Part shown: piece after piece, positions 51,671 to 60,000 of the stretch | Numbering within the stretch: the first letter of the stretch is position 1 | Layout: each line of letters opens with the position of its first letter | Assembly: GCA_028534125.1 (NCBI GenBank) | Contig: CM052832.1 | Coordinates: 20,834,001-20,894,000 of the forward strand | DNA: 60,000 nucleotides | Reading direction: 5' to 3' | From: Lama glama | Lineage: Eukaryota | Notes under the pieces: generated by a model | What the model was told of the DNA's origin: nothing | The model's input: only the letters and a program-made list of their open reading frames with translations | The model's database searches: none | Position numbers and translations under genes: made by a program

Positions 51671-53389
51671 CAGAAAGTCATGACAGATTATAAGCTGCAT
51701 AGATAAATATCACTTAAACTGGGGTAATATATAGCACACATAAGACAAGCAAGTAACTCTAAAGCAAGTAGTAATTGCTTTTTCAAGACAAAAATTTATT
51801 TCTGTACAATACATTAGATTTAAGGTCCAATTTCAGACATGCCACTAATCTAATTCTTAAAAGAAGGCATATCAGACAATGACATTAGTTACATTTCATA
51901 TTAGCCATAGATCAGAACACATTCACTCCATCCCATTTTTGTTTCAAACATTTGATGATGCAATTGTGTGTACCTAGAGCCTACAAACGTTAAATGAGTC
52001 ATTGGCTGTTTATTCCTTCACTAGGAGTTTCTCATCATAGAAAGGGGCTGAGAAGATTATAATGCATTAGACAGTGGAGTGCTAAATAGTAAATAAAAGA
52101 ACCTTATTTTAAAAAGCACATTTATGTGGCATAAATTGCCTTCCCCCAAATCTAACATTTTTATTTGGTCTGACACTGAAAACAAACACCACAGATCTCT
52201 AGGTTTTTATGATGCCCTGGTAACCCAAAAGAGATTTCTCAAGATTGGTTATTTCATTGCCTAATGAGTTTAGACCATGTGTCAAACAAACAAACAAAAA
52301 TGAAACAAAACCACCACCAATGATTATCAGGCATACAGATAAATTAAATGTGCACTGAATTTTTAATGTGAGAAAGAGGATACAGGCACATGATCCCAAC
52401 ATAAATTTTCTAATATTATTTCCTTCCTTTAAACTTACCACGTAAGCAAAAAAGAGCTACCTAGCTACCTAGTGTTTCTTTCAGCAACTAAATTTCATCC
52501 ATTCAGTTTTCTCATTCATCTCATAAATGTGAATTAAAAATACTCTACGTTTCTCAGCACAACAGAGCTAGGGAAAAAATTAGGTTGACAGGGTTCATTT
52601 CTGACAGTATATCCAGCTGTTTATAGCTTTTCATTTTTTCCATGAGCCTAACGGGTATCACTAAATGTAAAGTTCCTAACACTTACTGCTAGGAAATACT
52701 TCATAGAAGAAATATGCTTTCCTTGGAGTTTGCAAATGCCATTTGGTTTAATTTTTCAGCAAGGGTTCGTCTAGTTAGATTATGAGATTTTTCCTGGAGA
52801 GCAACAGCAAGAGAATGTCTCCCATGCTGTCAGAAAGGGAGAGTTATATTTTTGTTCCTTGGAAGAAACATGTAATGGGCAAAATGTCAAGTGGGTGGGG
52901 AGCCATTAGCCCGAACAAATCTCCAGAGAGATATCTAAGAAAAAGGAATTCTGAGTAAGACACTACACTAGCACATTTGGTTTCAAAAAATCGTCCATGA
53001 AGGCAGATGGGGTTGCTGTGTTTCACGGGGGCAGGACCCACACTAAAGGTTCCTACCCAGACAGTGATTGTAAGGGTCTAAGAGCTGATGAAAGTCAGGA
53101 GCTATTTAGGGAAAACTGAGTTTCAAACACTGGAAAGACTAACTGCCAAAAAAAAAAAAAAAAAAAGAAAGAAAGAAAGAAAGAGAGCCTAGAGGGTCAA
53201 GGTAGTATCAATACTGGGACTGCAAAGTTGTAACTTAGGAGCTGGGTCAGAGAACACAGGAACAAAGGACATCCTAGGTGATTTCTGCAAGTCTTCCTGC
53301 CTGAATGTCTCATCTATCGCATGGGTGTGTCTATAGGAAGTATCAGAATGGCTTAAACAGCTAAAAGCAAGGTCAAGATTCAGTTTTTT

Positions 53390-53450
53390 TGTACACCAGA
53401 AATTGATATATTGTAACTGATCGTACTTCAATAAAAGATATTTTTAAAAG
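53390..53450 (+). mobile_element. Very short 3' tail of a lineage-specific LINE-1
   Basis: TGTACACCAGAAATTGATATATTGTAACTGATCGTACTTCAATAAAA, flanked by imperfect direct repeats AAGATTCAGTTTTTT / AAGATTCTATTTTTT. Confidence 0.7.
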
Positions 53451-53774
53451 ATTCTATTTTTTACCTAGAAACTCTACATTAGACCAACTATCCTGCCTTA
53501 CAATATTCTATTCCTTTAATTATTTATTTAGTACATATTTCTTGAACAGCTCAAAGTCTTTTCTTTTTCTATAGATGACCTCTATTTTAGGTACTATTTA
53601 GCCTGATTTTTTTTAATTTATATTTAAAACCTGCTAATGTAAGACTGCCCCCAATGTATGTCATTTTCACAAGGCTTCAGTGGATGACTGCATTACATTT
53701 CAAACTCAAAGCATTTAATATGAGTTAATTTGTAAAATATTTCTCAGGGATCCATTCATCATGCATATGGATAT

Positions 53775-54010
53775 TTACTTAGTGTGGTGATTAAGAACAG
53801 GAACTGGGAAGTCAGGTGGCGTGGGCTCAAATCCCAGCTTCACCAGCTAAAAGCTGTGTGACCCTGGGCAAGTTATGAAGCCTTTTTGGAATCAGCTTCC
53901 TCCACTCTACAATGGGGAAAAAAGCAATACCTACCTCACATGGTGGTTGTGAGAATGAGTTTGACAGAAAGCATTTTAAAATTGTGCCTGGCCAGAGGAG
54001 GTGATATCTA
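53775..54010 (+). mobile_element. MIR SINE, near full length
   Basis: TAGTGTGGTGATTAAGAACA...GGCTCAAATCCCAGCTTCACCA...GCTGTGTGACCCTGGGCAAGTTA...ATACCTACCTCACATGGTGGTTGTGAGAAT. Confidence 0.88.
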
Positions 54011-55377
54011 AGAACCAGTCAGAATATAAATACTATTTTTTCTTCCGCTTTCCCCCTAGATTCAAAAATGTTCTATTTCAAAAAAATTCCAAGCAGCAGG
54101 TGGCCCCATCCATCTCAGTATCTGCCAAGCTCCTTCCTTTAAAAAACTGAAATTATTTGGCTTAAGGTAAAATTTAATGTCAAAGAGTGTATCTACAAAT
54201 CCACAAGGACACGGACAAGGAAGGGCCCTTTTATAACTGACAGTTACTATTTCAATTGCCTGGTTGTGCCTGAAAATAACCGAAGCAAGACACCCGGGCC
54301 ATACCTCCCTATAGTATCAACTGTGGTTTCAGAAAGCCTGGATAACTCAAACTTTCCTAGCCCTTCCTTATCAGCATGTCTCTCACCAGATCCCAAGCCC
54401 AGTTCTCTCTGTGAGGACCTTGTGCACACCACTGGGCACTCCCACTACGGCGTGGGAATCCTCACAGGGATAAAGCCAAAATGGCGGCCTCTGCAAGGAG
54501 AGGAAGGCTGCTTTTCCTGGTGTCGAAAGCCACAGGAGGAGCCTGCCATGGGGCTGCAAGCTTCTCTCTGTCTCAGAATTGTCAGTCTAACAGCTCTGTA
54601 GGTTTGTATTAATAGGCTTTCTGCTGTTTCCCCCAACTCCCAAATCCTACGTTTTCATATGTTCATTAAAAAATTTTTAACGATTTAGGTGTTTCTGCAG
54701 TTTAGATTTCATCTTTGCTACTTATCCAAATTCCAGATAAATGTGTCATGGGGAGGGGGCAGCAGTTACAGATAAGTAACTGCAAATATTTCAGTTGTGC
54801 ACATATTTCAGTTGGGCAGAACGACTACTAATAAACTGTACACATAGGTTAGGCCATCACCACCCTCCACCTCTGAGTTCTGTTTCACTTTGAAACAACT
54901 GACAAAGGACATAGAAGATTCCCATCAAAGAGGGAAAGGTACAATCCATGCAGTTCTAAAGAATTACCAAATCATGTGGGAATTAGTTGTTGAGCTGAGG
55001 GATGGAGGTGGGGATAGGGAGGTAGCCAAGAGTTGACTTTTGCTATTTTTATGTTTACAGCCAGTTATCCATAAGCATATGAGAAATTTAAATGGAAAAA
55101 ATAAGATTTAGGAAAGGAGAAATACATTGAATATCAAAAGTCCCCCTTATGTCATACTTTGCTGTTACTCATTGCTGATTAACCCAAGGACAGCAATAAG
55201 GACTTAGATCACACCATGTCTAAAGTGGTCCATATTTATAATCTTTCAAGGAAAAAGTAAACTCCTTTCATAGGCTAGCTTAATGATTATAATAAGGTTT
55301 TCAGTGTTGTTAGGGCTTTTACATAATGACATTTAACATCAAAGAAGGTTGAGTTCTTAACCTTCTCCAATACCTAC

Positions 55378-55680
55378 AGTTCTGCACTGTCCAATACGGC
55401 AGCCACTAGCTACATGTGGCCATGGAGTGTTTCCCATGTGACTTGTCCAAATTGCAAAATACATACTGGGATTCAAAGACTTTGTATGAAATCATGTAAA
55501 AATATATTATTTTACAGTGATTACATATTACATTATAACACTTTTGATATATTGGTTTAAATAAAACAATATTTACTTGTTTCCCTTCACATTTTTTATG
55601 TGGCTACTAGAAATTTTAAACTTCTTGACGTGGCTTGCATTTGAGGTCCACGTTACATTTCTCTTGGACAGAACTGGGCT
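55378..55680. mobile_element. hAT-Charlie MITE (MER33-like)
   Basis: GCACTGTCCAATACGGCAGCCACTAGCTACATGTGGC...ATGTGGCTACTAGAAATTTTAAA...TACATTTCTCTTGGACAG. Confidence 0.8.
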
Positions 55681-56044
55681 AAACCAATGAGAAGAGTGAA
55701 TAGGAAAGAAAGCTCTCAGCACAAATAGGGCTCAGAATAATCACTACAATGAATTACTACAGAACAGTCCCAGATAGCCAATTCCTTAGACTGATATAAA
55801 AACACTAATACAGAAAACCTATGTTCTTCTAACTTTCAGTAAACACATCTTCTTAAATCATCAGTAAACACTTACTAAATTATATCTATGGCTTTGAAGT
55901 GATAACCAATGAATTATATAGATGGGGATGTGCACAAAAATTATCAGTTGATGATAGCCTGTCCTGGGTGTGTTACAGCTGATAAGTGATACACAATCAT
56001 TACCAGCTCACAGACGCAATTCAAAACCACTAGGCAAATGGTCT

Positions 56045-56170
56045 AATCCAGTGATTGGCAAAACTCAAAAGTAAGCCAAATCCAGCTGCCATCTGTCTTT
56101 TTAAATAAAATTCACTGGAAAACAGCCATGGCCATTCATTTATGTATTATTCATGGCTACATTTGCACAA
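56045..56170. mobile_element. Partial MER58A-like element
   Basis: CAGTGATTGGCAAA...GCCAAATCCAGCTGCCATCTGTCTTTTTAAATAAAATTCACTGGAAAACAGCCATGGCCATTCATTTATGTATT. Confidence 0.7.
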
Positions 56171-56249
56171 AAAAGAAAAAAGAAAAAAGAAAAGAAACAG
56201 GAAGTCTGTAGTCAACACCACCCATTTTACTTAAAGAGAATGAAGGCAG

Positions 56250-56645
56250 AGTCCCTCCCCACATCCCTGGCCTCATAGCAATTAGCTCCATGTTCTTCTT
56301 GCTTCTCCTGGAATATACCAAAAAAGCTCTTACAGAAAGACTTCGCGTTTATTGCTCCCTCCACCTAGACGTTTCTAACCGACAGAGCTACCAAGTCCCC
56401 TCCCTCAGGTCTTGTGTGTATGTCAGTGAACCACTGGGTATTAAACAGTCACCTCTTTCCTTTTGCTGTTCTTTATTTCTGCACAGCACTTTTCATTAAC
56501 TGACCCACTGCATATTTCACTTCTATGTTTACTGTTTTTCCTACAACTAGAAAGATGCTCCATGAGGTCACATATTTTTATGTTTTCTTAATGCTATATC
56601 CTCACTTCTAGAATGGTGCCTGAGTCATAGGTACACAGGGGAGTG
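56250..56645 (+). mobile_element. L2a 3' region
   Basis: CTCCATGTTCTTCTTGCTTCTCCTGGAATATACCAA...ACTAGAAAGATGCTCCATGAGG...CTAGAATGGTGCCTGAGTCATAGG. Confidence 0.7.
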
Positions 56646-59005
56646 ACTGGTGAGTTCATTATGATTGCAACTGCATATGAGATAATGAAATGTGGGCAAG
56701 ATGCATTTCCTGCCCTAAGTGGTAAGAAATATAATTAAATAATATAAAAATATATGCATATACATAAAGGAATAGACAAATGGAAGTAACTGTGTGCCCT
56801 TCCTTCCATCCTTTCTTCCTATCCTTATGTGTCCACCCATCAATTTAACCACCCACCTACCCTGTAGCAGAAACATTTATGACACTAGGGAAAGCATGAA
56901 GGTCTGAGAAAAGTAGCTCCAGCTATGATTCACGTCAAAGTGCTTTTTGCAAATGTGTTGTACAGTGCAGAAAACAACAACTGTCCATGCTGGGCTACTG
57001 GAGGAAGGAAGACGTTTCAGAATTTATGGTGGCCTAGACTAACGGTTTTCAAACTGGATTTAGCAGTTTTTCTAAAAGGAATTTTATAGAAGTCCAATAT
57101 ATAAGAGACCTGGATGAAGTCTTTTCTTTCTGAGAAGCTCAGAGAGATGTTATGTTCCTAGTCTCTTCCATCCTTTCAGAGGCATCTTTGTACTTAAGAT
57201 TATTTAGAACACAATTTGAAAGAGACCTACTTCTAGAAATGGGATCTCAGAGTTTTCGTTAATTTTACTATTTCAAAAAATTATAAAAAGGTACAAAAAA
57301 TAGGAAAGAATTGGCAATGTGGCTTGATAAAATTATTAACTTACCCCATCACAGACATCACAGGTGATATGACAGACTCAAACTCTAATAGAGACTCTCA
57401 GCTGCATTCCTACCCTCACCTTAACCATTTGTCTTGGTTTTTTTTAATTAAATGGCAGCCAAGGTAAATGAAAATGTAGACACCAGGAGTAGTAACCTGA
57501 TCAAGATCCAGATACAAGATCCAGTGCTGCTGACAAAGAGATAGAGAGGCAGGCATGAGAAGGAGCCCTCCATTCAGTTCTGACTGTAAGGAACACTCCC
57601 AGAATAATCCTTAGACCAGTTTCCTTCCTCATCTTCACTCTCCATTGTTAATATTTAGACATATGCTTCTGGGAGAACAGAGAGGTCCACTGTTCTATCG
57701 AATAGGTTAGTTCCTTACCATCATTTCAGCCCACTTAAAAGTAAAGTGATAAATCACTGTCATTTATTACCAACAATTTAGAAAAAAAGCAATCAAGTCA
57801 TTCATCAACATCATCCTACAAATATTGTGGCATAAGGTGACATGTAGTACAGGAACTTGTTTACACGAAGTTTGAGAGTCCTATATTGTACTGACTGCTT
57901 TAATCAAAGAAATTAAAAGCTACATTGATACAGACTTTCCACATTTACATTGTACCTGAATAATTCTATTCTTCTGTAAGTCATCTAACTGAATTAAATT
58001 TGTCTCCAGGATTCTTGTCGTCTGTACCACATGTCCTTCTGCCAGATGGTGCTCAAAGAAGCAACAGCAGTATTTTCAAGACTATATACCTTCGTCCCGA
58101 GCTCTGACCATCATCACAGTGTTTAGATGTTAATTACCTACTAGCTTAAGGTAATTCTTCTGGGTTAAATTAAAGCAAGCTATTTTTCTCTCTTGAATGT
58201 GAAACTTGGTATGATAAAAATCTAAGTATTATAACATACTATGCAACTACCAATACTCTACACAGAGTGGTTACCCTGCTACTATAGCTGCAGCCTCGTT
58301 TCTCATCCTAAAAATCCTATTCAAATAGCTTTACTCTAAATATCACGTAAGATGCATTTATGTTTTCAGAATTGGTGTACCCAAGAAATAAGACTTTTCG
58401 TCAATAGTTAACTGACATACCACTTAATTCCAAATGGTACACTATTTCTTGAGTTTTCTTGAGCCAAAATATACTGACAGCCAAACTTCAAAACTTTTTT
58501 GGTGATAGAAACTTAGATATTTTAAGTAGGATCAATTACTGTTCTCTTCCAATGAAATCATTAGACTTTGTAGAAAGCTATCAGAACAGAAGTAACACCG
58601 TGAGGAGCTGAATCAATTAAATCCCTCTCTAAGGCCAGGTTAGAATCCAACTCCTCAAACATGGTTCTTGCATTCCATGTGAAGATAGCCTTTAAACAAA
58701 TTATGAAAATTAACATTCAGGAAAAAGTTTAAGAGCGTAAACAAATGTCTGCCACTCTCCAACTCAAGTCCTAACTCAACAGAATCCATATTTACATTTC
58801 CTACTGTCTAAGAACAGATGGCCTACTGTTATTATTAACACTGTCCCTAACCAGTAGTATATGTAACATACATCAACCACTTCTTCAGGAAATAATCCTA
58901 TGTCATCATAGCACTGAGTAGAAGACGTGCAGAAAATATTCAGACACAAGGCGGACAGGTATATTCTTGTATCAATACTATAGGTAAGACTGAACAAGCA
59001 GAAGA

Positions 59006-59052
59006 CAGAGAAGATGAAGAAGAAGAGGAGGAGGAGGAAGAAGAGAAAAAGA
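59006..59052 (+). repeat. (GAA/GAG)n low-complexity purine tract
   Basis: AGAGAAGATGAAGAAGAAGAGGAGGAGGAGGAAGAAGAGAAAAAG. Confidence 0.85.
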
Positions 59053-59719
59053 TAATATCTTTTGCATATAGGTATACTATGATTTATACCTAAATGTCAA
59101 TGAATGATAAAAGGTAGCAATATAGCAATTAAATAATTCAGCTAATATAATAAAATGCCACTTTCCATGCATAATAAGTAACTCAGTTTTTTAAAAATTA
59201 CAACACCCACTGCTAGTAAGATTTGGGTAGATCTGAGGTTGTGATAGATAGATGGCCCTATAAAAAGAACACGAACTTATACGCCAAAAGCAGTAGTCTC
59301 CATCCAACAATCTGACTTTCCAATAAACAAGAAAATCCAAAAACTGTGGGTACAAAAGTGTTCATCTTAGTTTAAAAAATAAGCTTTCCTGGCTTAAAAC
59401 CCCATGCTGCATAATTTGGCTTTTTCTTATTCTTAAGATGCTTCTGCTTTTTGTCTTTTCTTTCAACTGGACCATAAATTCCTTGAGGGCAGCAACTGTG
59501 TGTCTTTTATCTCTCACTCTGTATTGCTGCTGTCCAGTACTCATTATCAGTAACCTAAAAATCAAATCAGACAGCCAATGAGAACCTGATGACATTTTCT
59601 TCTCAAGTGGACAGATTATAAAACTAAAGGGTAATTCTAGATGTCTCTTCAAATACCCATAGGGAATTTTGACTCCATAGTGTAGATCTTCACAACAGAC
59701 AAATCCCTGGTAGAATGCT

Positions 59720-60000
59720 GGTGCTTTACACAACTATTTTAATGAATTTCAAAATACAAGCCAAACAAATAAAACTAAGAAGTTAAAAATTTGATGAGCT
59801 CCTAGAAATTAAAAATGCCATGGCTAACAACCACTAAGGATTGGAAGATAGTTAAAATCGTTCACAACATATGGACAAAGACAGAAAGATGGAAAATGTG
59901 AAGGAAAGATAAGGAACATAGAAGATCCACTCAGAGGATCCAACATCTGATTGACAGGAAGACCATTAAGAAAGAACAGAAAAAGCCTAAGGAAAACATA
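59720..60000 (+). mobile_element. Ancient LINE-1 ORF1 remnant, running off the window end
   Basis: CTAGAAATTAAAAAT...GGATTGGAAGATAGTT...GAAGATCCACTCAGAGGATCCAACATCTGATTGACAGGA resembles old L1 ORF1. Confidence 0.65.

Noticed and set aside
1..60000. Known intronic miRNAs, snoRNAs, tRNAs, nested single-exon GPCR/LRR genes, CRISPR arrays
   Set aside because: I recognised no mature miRNA, snoRNA or tRNA sequence by eye (an Rfam/miRBase search would be decisive). There is no ORF long enough for a nested gene and no repeat-spacer array. The DNA is mammalian.

Overview
Mammalian genomic DNA, most likely camelid. This is inferred from the young LINE-1 3' ends and from the absence of any recognisable Alu, B1/B2, Bov-tA/A2, PRE-1 or Can-SINE. 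The window is AT-rich and reads as non-coding, probably one very large intron of a gene transcribed on the minus strand (inferred from A/C-rich + strand composition and from all three young L1 inserts lying on +). I found no coding exon of any gene I can name. The listed ORFs are random, transposon-derived or run through N gaps. Most of the window is ancient interspersed repeat (MIR, L2, L3/CR1, L1M, MER DNA transposons, one ERVL-type LTR). There is one recent 5'-truncated L1 with a perfect 16-bp target-site duplication, and two 500-N gaps, the first of which is a false gap with a 198-bp overlap. The most notable element is a ~7 kb nearly repeat-free block (about 12.8-19.8 kb). It holds a small CpG-rich island and a compact GC-box/CCAAT/CRE-like/TATA-like cluster pointing along the minus strand, followed by a strong-Kozak ATG (MVHPNLESLVYAVREEDLPVELW...). 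The best reading is an internal alternative promoter or first exon, but cassette-exon and intronic poly(A)-site readings are also possible. No prokaryote-type system (CRISPR, operon) is present, and nothing here demonstrates a novel system. Repeat family names and boundaries were assigned by eye and are approximate.
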